DNA from: Epiperipatus broadwayi
Lineage: Eukaryota > Animalia > Onychophora
Assembly (NCBI GenBank): GCA_028023455.1
Contig: JAQFVV010000009.1
Location: 1,426,001-1,490,000 of the forward strand
Length of the DNA stretch: 64,000 bases
Direction of reading: 5' to 3'
A program made the translations under genes and the position numbers. Each line of letters begins with the position of its first letter. Within the stretch, counting starts at the first letter, position 1. Positions 26,878 to 40,523 of this stretch are shown here, one piece after another. The notes beneath the pieces were generated by a model that searched no databases, was not told the origin of the DNA, and worked only from the letters and a program-made list of their open reading frames with translations.

Positions 26878-27894
26878 GTAAGTATGCTGTTTAATATGTA
26901 TAATTTTTTATCATATTGTTTTGTCAATTTTAAATAAAATATTTTTTTTTAATAATATCCATCTTAATAAAAATTATTTAACATAATTTTAAATATATAG
27001 ATTTAAAAACAAATGCTATAATAATAATAAGCAGAGTAAATAAAATTATTAATAAAAATGAATACCATACAAACACTTAATAAAAAAAAAATAATATGAT
27101 AAACATATTATTGAATTATTAAAAAAAAATTGTACATAAGGACTATGTATGGTTGATTAATAATTTATATATTTTTAAGGAGTTCGTGTATATAGATTAG
27201 TGTATATGAAAAAGTGCTGCAACATGTATAAATTTTAATGTTATGGAAATAAAGGGTAGTGAGGACTAGTGAACATGATTATCAGATTATCATCAAAATA
27301 AATGTAAATAATAAACATAATCACCAGGAACTATGAATAGTCATCTGTTATGACTGGATTTAAAAGAGGCAGACTATAATACCTTAGTTAATCATTATCA
27401 AGTCAATGCCAAACTTGTGGCATAATATTATAAAAGAGCTATTATTGCTGCATGTATAAACATAAGAACTATAAACTAAGGATATATCTAAAAATGGTGG
27501 GATTATTGCTTCAATGCTGATTATCATCATTGATTTGGGCCACCTGGTGCCATGTACTGGCATCCCTATAAAGTGAGCAAATTTTAAAGTTACCTTAATG
27601 CCATATAAATAATTCTGAGAATTATATAGATGTTCTCTCAAATACATACTTCACATGATGTTAGTCCAGACCTAGCATTGGGATTGCAAGAATTCTGATG
27701 TCTGTGAACAGAAGAAAATAAATACACAATACTTAATCCACTTTAATATTAATTAACTAGAATTTCTAGTAAAAATAAAAATGAAATTAAATATCTGAAA
27801 AGTATTTCAGTAATATAAACAGATTATCAATTCTGATTTTTGACTTATTAGCAAACTATTCCATCTTTCTTTTTGCCATTTATGTAAACTTTAG

Positions 27895-28640
27895 AAAGCA
27901 ATAATAATTGTCAGATGGCAGTGCTTAATAAATCCCTATCTGGTGCTTTCCTATCCAAAATTCCCAGACTAGTTTCAGTTTCAATCTTATGGCTTTCATT
28001 ACTGAGGAGCTTTGGATCTTAGAACAATGCAGCTGGATCTTAGGATTTAATGCACCTTTTTTTCAGCTTCTATCATTTACATCAGCCCAAAATGAAAAAC
28101 ATATAAATGTTTTTAATCTTAGACAACTGCTTATATAGTCATATAGATTTGAATCCAGCTCAGTTTCTATATATTATGATATCTTTAGTGTTTTAATAAC
28201 CAACATAACTCCTATCTCTTTGTCAGGATTTGATATAAATCAGTAAAATGTCACATGACCTATTGCATGTCTTTAGCTTATATATTGCTGTTTTATTAGC
28301 AAACTACTCCTGGCCATGGAATAGTAAAGACATTATAATATATAGAAACTGGATTCATATTTATATGACTATACAAGCAAGTCGGCTTAGTTTGAAAACA
28401 TTTATATGTTATTCTGCTTGGACTAATAGCTTGATAATATAACATAGAAGTAAATGATATGAGCTGGAAGGAAGATGCTAAGATCTATTTACACTTTTCC
28501 AAGATCCAAAGTTTCTCACTAATGAAAGCCTTAAGTTTGAAACTTGTCTGGGGATTTTAGATAGAAAAGTACAGTATAGGAATTTATTAAGCACCATCAT
28601 CTGGCAACTATCATTGTTTTATAAAGCTTGCATTAAATGA
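27895..28640. mobile_element. Older inverted pair of hammerhead repeat family B
   Basis: Diverged homologue of the 46032-47321 units. ~27895-28250 is inverted at ~28330-28640. Hammerhead tctca-ctaatga-aagc-cttaa-gttt-gaaa-cttg-tc-tgggg at 28514-28553. Confidence 0.75.
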
Positions 28641-31038
28641 CAAAAAGAAAGATGAAATAGTTTGCTACTAAAATAGCAATATATAAACTGGAAACATGAT
28701 AGATCATATGATGTTTTATTGATTTTTGACTTACAGATATTAAATAACTATTTCCATAGATTGACCAGCAAAACTATATATGTAATATTTTTTAAATTTG
28801 GTTTACAGAGATAGACAAATTTTAACTGGTATTAAATAAATACATGTCTGCTAATACAAAATATTACAATCATTTATTATTTTCATTAATTATATGGACC
28901 AATATTATTCTACTTTAACAGCATTTAAATAATTAAATGTTAAAGATATATATATAATATAAACAAGAACACGTGCTTGTTCTAATTTAAAACTAAAAGA
29001 ATTGAAGTTTTGATTGTAATTGTTTTTACTTTAATATTAATAACAGCTATTTATAAATAAGTATGGCCATTCTAACTCCAAGAGAAAAAAAAACAACAAA
29101 GAAATAAGAGGAAAGAAAGAGTTAAACTGCTTTAAAAATCAGTTTGTAATGTCTATATAAATCAATCTGTAAACCAATTTTTTCAGCATATTTTCTGAAA
29201 TATTTAAAGCTCTCTAATGTATTCTATTCTTGCCATATATTCCCAATGGAAACAATTTACATTACATTTCTTTAAAATGTCTGTGGAATAATTCTTATAA
29301 CAGGGTCTGTCTCTCCTAATAAAACCATGCTCAAGTTCATAAAACTACTCTTTTAAGAAATCTTGTATAATTCATTTAATTACATGTCCAATTCAGTGAT
29401 GGTATGAGTTTGCCTTACAAACCAAATTATTATTATTATTATTAAATTATAAAAGTAGTGTTTGGGATAAAGAAATATTACTTAATTTTTTTGAAAGTTC
29501 ATTTTGAAGTTTTTACTTTTTATCTTTTGTTTTCTCCACTTGCAAATTTTAAAACTTTTCTCAAATTCATTTCTACCTATTAATTAATTTCTTGGCTAGC
29601 TGCTTTAATTTTATTCAAAAGTTATTTATCTCCAGTTATAAAAAAAAATATCTTTTTTTAAAAAAAATCAAATTAAAGTGAAATAACTTGAATGGAATAG
29701 ATTGTTTTTTTTTCCATTCATTCTTTAACATTATATTCAATTAAGATGCACAATATATATATTGTAACCTTTTGATTGGTTATCCATGATAGGAATATAA
29801 TATAATATGTATATTATAACTCCAAAATTTTAAATTTTAAATTGAGATAATAGTAATGCTATAAATTTCGATTTAACATGAATAAATGACTTAGTGTATA
29901 AAGGGTAAAGATAGAATTCTGTAGAGATTTAATAACCATCTTTATTTATAATCATTTATATTATAATCCACTATATAATTTTAATACAATAGCTGTCAAT
30001 CTAAATAAACATTGTTACTTATAAATTTGGCTTTAATTTATTTTTATTGCGATGCTTCTTTAAAAGCTAAATATATAGAATTATAGTAAATAAAAGAAGG
30101 AACACTTAGAAATTACAAGATAATAATTTATTTTAAAATTATCGTAATAGTATTATATTTTTTAATAAAATTTATTATTAAACTTTATATTTAAATTCAA
30201 TTAATAATATCATATATTAAAAATATAATTATACTTAATGCTTTAGTTTTAAATAAATGATTTAAATTAGTTTCATTTGTAAAATATTTATTGATTTTGC
30301 TTATTTTAAATAGAAACAGAAAAATATTTATTTAAAAGTTGTAATAGTTGATTTGGGATATTGACCAATGAGATTTAAATAAGTAGTTTTCTGATGTCAC
30401 TTTATCCCAGGGTTTTTAAAAGAAAGAGAGTAATAGACGATCAAGGTACAGATTCATGAAAAAAAATAAAGCAGGCAGGGACCTGTTTTAATTTCATTTC
30501 TCGGTAAAAAATTATAAAGGTTTTAAAAATATTTCAAATTTTAAATGGTAAAATAATATTTAAAAAGCTGTCTAAGGATATAAAATATATTATATTAATC
30601 ATTAATGTCCTTGGAGTGAGTGCAAACCAATGTTTTTATTATGACTTAATTGCAGTCCTGATCGTCTACTTATAACTAAAATGATATCTGAAAGAAGTCT
30701 AAAAGAAAAGTTAAAGTTATTATTCTTATTTGGGATAATTATGAGAAAGAAGAGACAACTACATTTCCTTAAAGAAAAATATATCTGCATAAGGAAATAT
30801 TCGTTTATTTATGTTAAATTAAATAATTTTATTAGTCATATAATAAAAATGAGAAACAAGTCTAAAATCCCTAGAAATAAATTTTTAAAATTGGTAAAAG
30901 TATTTTCTCAGACTTTAAAATAATGTCTTAGTTTTGAGAGTGATAAGTCTAATGAAAATTAATATTCTATTTGAATTGAATAATTAACGTATAATAAAGA
31001 GCTTGAAAAATTTTGAAGTAGAAAATGTTTAGCATATA

Positions 31039-32097
31039 CACCTGGGTCTCGTTTTACGCGATAGATAGGTTCCTCAGAAAACACATGCAAACGAAATCGC
31101 GCAAAATGGACATAACTTACATTGAAAAAGGGGGGGTGCAGTCTGTGGTTTTTCAAAATTCGTGTAAAAGCAAAGCACCAACGTAAAATTACTTTAAAAT
31201 TTGCGCAAAAAAAAAATAAGGAAATAAAATATGACTAATAAAAAATTTCAAATTTGAAAAAAATTGATACAAGACAAACTTTTGTTAACTATAATATTTA
31301 ATTTTATTCAAAATAATATATTTTTATGCATAATTTACAGTACAGTAATTTACATTTTTTTATACACGATTTAATTATTATAGCTTTTTGCCGGAAAAAA
31401 CGTTCGTTTGCAAACAACTAGCGCCAACTTCACACTCATGTTGTGTCGATGGTTTTCTGATGACAACGTAATTAGTAATTAATCTTTGAGATGATGATTT
31501 TATTAATTGTTTATGAAACTAACAACTAAAAATTAAATTCTTATTTTTGTCTTTAATTTTCAATTCTGTTTAAAAATCAAATTTCACATCACATTATTTC
31601 AAGTCGCCGTAAGTAATTTTTAAATTATTAATTACAATTCAGAATCAGATTTAATTTTTAATTGTCAAATTTAATTGTGCCCACTGCTATTACTGACCTT
31701 TTAAAAATAAACTTGTGGACACTAAATGATTAATAATTGATTACGTTCTTTTTTAAAAAGCAAAAACAGAATGTGATTTAAAATGCAAAATTAACACGCC
31801 CAATGTTTGAACAAATTTACATTATAATCTTGTAAAATTTAATGTGGGTATACATAAAATGTGAAAATCATGATTTCAATTTCATTATTGCATAAAATCT
31901 TACTATTATAAAGCACTGAAAATATTGAAATTACTAAGTTGAAAGTCGAATTTCAATAATGTGCTATTACTTTCAATATACGCGAAATTTATTATTTAAA
32001 GTAATAGCGCAATATCGGAGTTCGACTTCCGGTGAAACACGAATCGCGTAACTTCAAAATCGTGTTAAATAAGTCCGCATAAAAAGAGACCTAGGTG
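31039..32097. mobile_element. Non-autonomous pogo/Tigger-like (Tc1/mariner) DNA transposon
   Basis: TIRs cacctgggtctcgttttacgcg / cgcataaaaagagacctaggtg, TA on both sides, repeated internal tcgcgcaaaa/tcgcgtaa motifs, no transposase ORF. Confidence 0.85.
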
Positions 32098-35000
32098 TAT
32101 TTAATAATGAATAAAAAAGAGGACAGATAAAAGATGAAGTAATATTTCTCATGTTTTAATAGAAGATGAAACCTTATTATATTATTATAAGAAAGGAACA
32201 GTGAAAAGGGAAAGGATAACTTAAAAAATGTGCTTAATTTCTAATAGTAGATGACAGTCATGAAGATGAAACACTATAATACAGAAAGTTAAATGAATTT
32301 ATTCATATGTACTTAAATTTTACGAGATTAATAAGAAAAGGAAAGTGAAGAAATAAGTCGAAGTAAACTTATTGATGAACTAATTAAACATATTTTAAAG
32401 TTTTGTAACTTGCGAAAAATAATGTGAAGAGGTATTGAGAAGATTTGTTAAACTCTTTCATTAATGTATTTTTAAAGAGTATAATTATGCACATGTAACT
32501 TTAAACTAGTCAAGAAGGAAGGATGCATCTAATTCAGAACTTTTGTCCAGTTAGTGTTGTGTTTATTTGTCAAGTATTTTGTTTAAATATACATGGGTTT
32601 CTAACAGAAAGAAGATAGAAGCACCCAGACTCGCGAGGAATGGTAAACATCTATTGGGTTACCATGGTCGTGTTAAACTAGGAATTGAATATTTTAATTT
32701 AAAAAAAGAAAAAAGGATTTTAATTTTAAATTTATTATTTTTATTTTTGTTTGATTTGAAATGTAAATGCTAGGTATTAACTATTTTATTATTCATTATT
32801 GTTAAAAAGAAAAAAAGAATGAAGATTATGCTTAAAGATATGAAGAGAGTATACATGAGTTATAGCATGAAAGTGTGTGTGGGGTATAATATTTTAACTA
32901 TATTTTAGCTGGTTATATATTTTTAAAAATTGACTGTGGTAAAATGTGTTGTAGAGGTATTTCAAATTGATTATCATAAAGTATATTTGACTAAGGGGAA
33001 TGAATTAGTGGGATAATAAAAATTTATAGGATTCTATGAAAATAACAATAAATATATTATAAAATATAATATTATCTACGAAAGTAAAAAAAGAGTGAAT
33101 GTTAATGTAAAAAATAATAATAATAATAATGTTCTCATTTGTTATATATAATGGTGATGATAAAGGTAGACTGTTTGTTTTGTAACATGATCTCAAATGT
33201 GGATTGAAAAATATTTAATGGGAAGATTGGATTATATTATTGGTCCAGATGTAGTATAAAAGAATAGATGCTGAAGACATAGTAGGGAAAGATGAATCGA
33301 AATTCCAGGATAGGGTATAAAATATCATCCTGAAGAACTAATTGAATAGTTGAATGGGGTTAATCTTTGCAGTACCCATATAGTTTTTTAGAAAGAGATG
33401 GGAGGATTTTTTACAAAGACATGACTGTAGTATATACCATAAATGCTTGCTATATAAGCCAGGGTAAAATTGGAGTAAGACCATTAGGAAATTGATTACC
33501 TGTCAAAATATGACACCTCATAAATAAAGGAAACCTCCATCTCTCTATTATGATATAGTATTTTTGATAAAATCAGTTTCTTATCTATGAAGTTTCTAGA
33601 TAAGTAAGAATATAGTAGGCATCGAAAGTTGACTAAATATTTTAAGAATTTTATAATTTTTCATCCTAAGTTTTGACAGATTAACTTAAAAGTAGTAAGA
33701 CTATATACAGAACAAATACTTTATATTTGAATAAAATCTGAATAAATTATTATATGAATAATGATACCTGAGTTCAAAGACAAACCTAAAATATAAGTGA
33801 GAGATATAGAATTAATGTATAAAATGAATAGGATTATATGTAGAAGAGTCCTTAAATTCACTATTCATTGTGAATACATTATAATTTTTTTTTTTTGTAG
33901 TATTACCACAGTAGCAATAATTTTTATTGATAAGATTCTAGTGCAATATTTTTGTATAAATTTTGAATATGAAGTATAATTTAAATATTATAATTTTATT
34001 AAAAATATCTGGAGTTACAAAAAGATGACTAAGAAGATAACCACAAGATAACTCATGAATTGTAAAACTGTATAATAATAGTATGAAAGCATACATAATG
34101 GTAAGAAGAATGAATTTATTATTTTAAAGAACTAGATAATGAATATGGGGTGACGATTAAAATATATAGAATAATTATTATGTCTATCTGTGATGAATGT
34201 AAATAATTTTATTGTAAATTTATAAACAGTTAAATGATTATTTTGTTACTGAATTATTTAACATAAGGTGTATAGCTGTTTGTTGTTCATTATTATTATT
34301 GTAAATAAATGAATATTTTAATTTTGTATTAGTAATTTCATTGCATTTGAGAGTCATTTCCATCACAAGGTCATATCAATAAAGCAAATTATCCACATAG
34401 AATTATACATAGCATGTATTGATTACATGCTTTATCTGAAGAGTTATATTTAAGAATTTATAATTGACACATTAATTATCAATTGCTTTTAAATTTAACT
34501 ATATTAAAAGGAGTTTGTAGTACTTCATATGAATCTTGAAGATTTATTTGAAAAGTACTATTAAGTATTACAAAATGAAGAGCTTATAATAAAAATTAAT
34601 AGTATGTTTTAAGAGTCACATTCTGATTTTGTAATCTAATTTTGAAATGTATTTTATATCATAAATTTAGAAGTATTATATTATTTCAGAGTACAAGTTA
34701 CTGACCAAATATATTTTAAGGTTTGTAATTCTGAAGGATCGAATTACAATGTGTGAATGCTAAATAATTAAAAAATGTATTTAATTGAGTTAGATTTTAT
34801 AGATAATAACTGTGTAATAAACCTTTTGATTATAATAAAAATTAGTATTTTATAGTGATTGTTATTAGTATAATTATGAAAATAAATCTTAGGAAAATAA
34901 ATTATTTAAGTGAAGGTAATGAATAGATAATGATCGGTGTTTTTTATGTCTTATTATTATAGTTGGATTAATTTTTAAATAGGAGGTTAATCAAGGGTCG

Positions 35001-38000
35001 AAATAATAAGAGTGATTTTATTTAAATAGTTGGATTCCAATAAAATCCCTCTTGCAATTCAATTATTTAATTATCAATCTAATTATTATATTATATTTTA
35101 GAATAGAATAATTATGATCCCTGAGATAGCCATAGAATAGCATTAATTCTTTTAATTTAATGTATTTTTTGTTTTAATGTTATTATTTGGAGATTCTTAA
35201 ATTATAGAAGAATTGTTATAACATTATTTAACTAAAATATTATGTTAATCATTGTTTGTTGTAGGAATTTTCCTAATGATTATAATATGATAGTAGTAGG
35301 AGAATTTTTACAATAGCAATGCCATTGTGGAGTGTATTTTATATACTTGTCAATGTTGAAACCTCTATGTTGTAATCATCCCTAAAGTCTATCTTATATT
35401 TTGATATTCACAAGTTTCAAGCCCCATAGAGAATCTTGTACTTTATTGTTGTTATACTTGATTATTTATTATTGAGATAGTATCATAGACAGTAAAGAAG
35501 ATATGGTAGAGGTGTTGAAGAACCAGAAGGGAAGGTTACAATATACATATTTCCAGTAGTTGATTTTTTTTTTCTGTGCTTTTATACATTTGTGAAATAT
35601 ATATCATAATATCGATACAATGGACAATAATTTGTTTAGTCTGTTTTTATATGCATATGCTAAGATACATATGATTAGGCTGGTATCTCATAAATTGCTG
35701 GTATGACATATCTTGGTTATCAGATGAACAAAATAAATGATGGTAGTCTTCATTTCAGTTACAATGGAATATATAATCAGAGGATTAAGCAAATATTTTT
35801 ACTTCTTAATTAATAAAGAACAAGATTATACTAAATTACAATTGTTGTGTTTTTTTTTTTAAATTTACATTTGTCAAAACCAAGAAGCTTAATTTTAAAA
35901 ATTCTTTCTTAATTCTAAAGTAAAAATACATTAAAATTAACTCTATAATTGTATGTATATATTTTTTAAATTAAACATTTATTTCGTACAGAAAATTTTC
36001 TGTTGTATTAAAAATTTTAGATTTTTTTCAAAATGAGAAATAAAATATATTGTTTGCATTAAATATAGATTTTTTTTAATATAGTTTTTATTATTTCAAA
36101 AATACCAAGAAATTCAGACTTTATTTTAAATAATTATTCAGATAATTTTTTTCTGACTTCATTTTTATTTTTATTTTTAAGATTTAAATATGTACACATG
36201 CCTTATGTTGTGTCCTATGAAAACAATTCATCTCTATACATAGTAAATGATAATTATAAATAATAGTTTTTTTTAAAAAAATTGTTAGTTTGTAATTTGA
36301 AATATTTTTGAGAGATATTCAGAATATAGAATATTATAAATTAATTTAAATTTAAAAGATATAAAAAATAAAAACATTCCAAATAAAATAACATGTTAAA
36401 GAAGTGAATGTTTTTAATAATAATAAGATAAATTTTAATATGTATAGGTATATAAATATTCATAGTGTTTATAGATATGTGGATATATATTGCTTTATAT
36501 GATGCACATCCATATAAATGTTTTCAGTTTTTTAATTTATTGAAATTATATATACGTGTATAATATGTACTATATATTAAAAATATTTATAAATAATAAG
36601 TAACCATATGTATATAGTTTTTATGTAGTATATATAAAATAAAGTTATTTTATGTTTATGTAAAAAAAAATAATAACTAGGCAGTTGAAACTTTTATAGA
36701 AGAATTCAATAAAGTATGATGAAAAGGGTGTTGGAAGAAATATTGTTATTTTAAATCTTTAATTTGAGCTGAAGACAGGGATTAGTTATTTTTGGAATTA
36801 TTCATAGCTGAGTGTGAAACATATTTCTGCATATACATTATTTTGCAATAAAAAGGAGAAATACGTGTTCACAAAATTAACTGAACCATATATATAAGAT
36901 TTTGATTATGAAGGACACATTCAGACATTATTGTATTAATATAGTATTATTGTACAATATAAAATTTAATTAATTTATGGCCTATTTATTAAATGTATAA
37001 ATTCAGTGATGATAGAGTAATATTGAAAATGATCAAGTTAAAATTATTTGAAAAAAATAAAATTCTTTACTCTTGTAAAGTTAGAAGTAAGAAATAGTTT
37101 TGTATAGTGTTTTGTTTGAATTGTTGCTTTATTTGAAGGAGAGATTTGAACAATACAATAAATAGAGAAGTTTGCAGAGTCTAAAGATGTGAATTTAGTG
37201 GGAAATAGTCATATGATAAAAGATTCTGTATTCTTGTGTTATTTACAGTGATGTTGATTAATTAATGATTACCAGATAATAGAGCATTTAAATCCCCATC
37301 CCCATGTTATTTGTTTTATCTATATTATGTAAAATAAACAATTATGTGATTTATTTTTATTATTAAAGATAGTTTATGAAAGAATTTTAAAAGAACTGGA
37401 TTGGATATAAATTCAGAAAAATTATGATGCACATATTGGAAAGGTTAAAAAGTGGAAGGGTGATCTTTTGACAAATTGAGCAAATAAGATATTTGCTTGG
37501 GAAAAAAGATTCAGATCAGAATGAAGACTCGCTTTTTGAAACATGATTGGTAATGATGATTATTTTTCCATTTATATTTTATAAGTTTAAAAATGTATAT
37601 TTATTTAAAATTCTTGTTAGATAATTGATTTATATACTATATTTATGAGTTTAATTGTTGTCCACACATTAACTCTCATTTGCATATTTTATTTTCTGCC
37701 AATTTTAGTCTATTTAATCTTTAACTGTAAGAAGATATTTTTCTAGCAGGATTAAATTAATTTAGTCTATTTAAATTTTTGAAATATTATCATACACTGT
37801 TTATTATTAGGATATAATACTTGGGATATTATCTTTATTTTGGTAATGATCATTATTCTTTTTATGATGTAGTTCTAACACCAGAATTTATTAAATCTAT
37901 GATATAATTTTTAACTGGAATGAAAACTTCTTCTACCAACAGTAGATTATTTTTGATCGTAGTACTCTTTTACTCAGACATTTAAACCTGTCTTTGAATG

Positions 38001-39256
38001 ATAATTTCATATACGTAATTATATGTGAGAAAGTTTTTATTTTTCTAATGATCGGCAAATCTTTAAATTATATTAATTCATAAATCATTAATTGTCTACT
38101 TATTTGCATAAATAAATTATTTATATAGACATTTCTCTTGTATTAGTATCTGGCATTATTTAGTTAGTGATATATTAAACTTAAAGTGTGTTCCTCAAGT
38201 CCATTATCATAAGGTTATAAATTAGAGATAACACAGCTTCATATGTGTAGAAAATATTCAAAACAATAATAATTTTAATGATTTTTTTTTTTTTAATATT
38301 GCTTTAACAAGAGGCTTTGCACTGAAAATGTTTTAAGATTATAGTTAATGTTATTTTCATGCATAAACTAATGTTAATATTGCCTTTAATTTATTATATT
38401 TCAGTGATGGAAATTATCATAGGGTTTATGTATATTTTTATTTTACCAATGTTGATGTACTTTGATAAAGAAAAATAAATCCAAATAACTATTCGTGAGA
38501 AATCAATATCCAAGAGAAGTGTTATAAAACAAGGGCCTCTTAACAGCAGCAAATCAGTCTACACATGTGATCTGAATTCAAAATGTTGAAATTTTTTTTA
38601 ACTTTGGTAGCGAGATTTTTTTTCTTCAGATCATTGACCTTTTTGCCTATCTAAAGAATATCAAATATTATTTAGTAAGTAGGCATCTAGATATTCTTAA
38701 TTAGAGGATAAAATAAATATGATAAAACATTCAACCCTGCAATTGGAAAACCTAGTAACAACTTTTATTTCAATGTTCCAGGGATTAGTGGAAAGACTTT
38801 TGTCATTCAGAGGGCTATTTATAGATTGGTTTTGTCTATTCAAACTGTGATCCAATAATATGGAAATCATACACAAAGTTATTGCAGTATTGAAGGAATC
38901 AGGATACTTATATTATAAACCATGCAGTAAATAAAAATTTTTGTTCTATCATTTTTATTTTTTTATGTGTAATAAACTAATATTATAAACTATTCAAATC
39001 ATACTTGTGGATTATTTTTTATTTTAGATTTAAAAATGTAATACTTTTTTTTATTAAATTTAATTTATAGTTTGTTTTTTATATAGTGTATAAAATATAA
39101 TTGTATATTTTGTGATTTTTTTTCTTACACTTTAGAAATACATTTTTAAGAATTTATTTTAAAATAAAAGAATGTTTAAAATATTATACATAGTTCTTTA
39201 AAACATAGTTCATTCATTCTTATTTACTTTTTTTTTATTTATTTATTTTTTTTCAG

Positions 39257-39345
39257 TTTCCTTAACAAAGCAATGAAAATGTATGAATCAACAGTAGTAG
39301 TACCCACAAATTTTGTGTTTTTTACAATTTCAGCAATACTTTCAG
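39257..39345 (+). CDS. NIPAL2: NIPA-like magnesium transporter (NIPAL2/3-like), coding exon
   Basis: ttttttcag acceptor, GTATGA donor. (N)FLNKAMKMYESTVVVPTNFVFFTISAILS(G), phase 2/1; hallmark NIPA motif. Confidence 0.95.
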
Positions 39346-40523
39346 GTATGATTGAAGAATGTCTTTTTTATATAAATGCAATTTACCTACTATACTTAGA
39401 ACACTTTTTAACATATAAACTTTTTATTGTATTTTACATATACATTTATATATATATATGACGATGATTATAATGATGATACATTTATATACCACAAATT
39501 TGTACATATGTATTAGTAGAAAATTCATACGAAGTGATTTAATAGTTGTATATATACAAAGTAATGGAGAATAACAGATTGCAGACCTAAAGATCCCAGA
39601 ATCAAAACTCGATTTATCATTTCTAGTGCTTGAATGTTACACAATTGACTATTCACTTATTTTAAAGAGCCATTACATTAAATTCTCCATAATCTAATAA
39701 ATTTTTCTACTTATCACAATTAGCCCAGAAACGTTTTGTGTTGTGAGTTTTTATATGCTTTCATCATGGAAATTTTATTACTAGCCATTTTCATAATTTT
39801 TCTACTTAATCACAATTAACTCAGAATCTTTTGCATGATGAGTTTTTATATGATTTCATCATAAAATTGTCTTATCAGATTTTTGCCATTAAGCATACTA
39901 TTTGTGTACATTTTCCATAATTTCAGTACGATTTCAAAATTTTTAATATTTTTTTCAGTCAGAAAATTAATATTCTTATTATTAGTCATTCAAAACCACT
40001 TGACTATATGCATATGTGTATGTATATTTGTTTATATATGACAGTGGCTAATCTGGAGAGAAAATACCATATGAAATTTTTTCCCATTTTCTAATCAAAT
40101 TTAAGATCTTTCTTTTTTTTTCAATTAGATAGCCTATAACTTATCCAGCTGATTTTTCAGTTTTGATTGGTAAACAAGTATATAGCAATTGTTAATTATC
40201 AGATAAAACTGCTCAAACTTAAACCTGCTAAGAAATAATGTTTTTATCTTCAATGTTCCTTTATGAGAGATTTTTGTTCTACAGTAAGCTGTTTGAAATC
40301 TGATTTATTTTTAATAGCCCTCCCCTCTTTCATTTAATTTTTTAAAATAAATTTAAAGTAAATCAGTTTTTATTATAACATCTTTCTATTTTCTAAATGT
40401 ATAAAATAAGTTCTAATGGAAAAATAAATAGTGATAGAATTTTCTATATACAAAGATAAAATTTATATTTACCAGCTGTATATGTATCTATAATAATTTA
40501 ATGAAAACAGACATTAACTAGAG

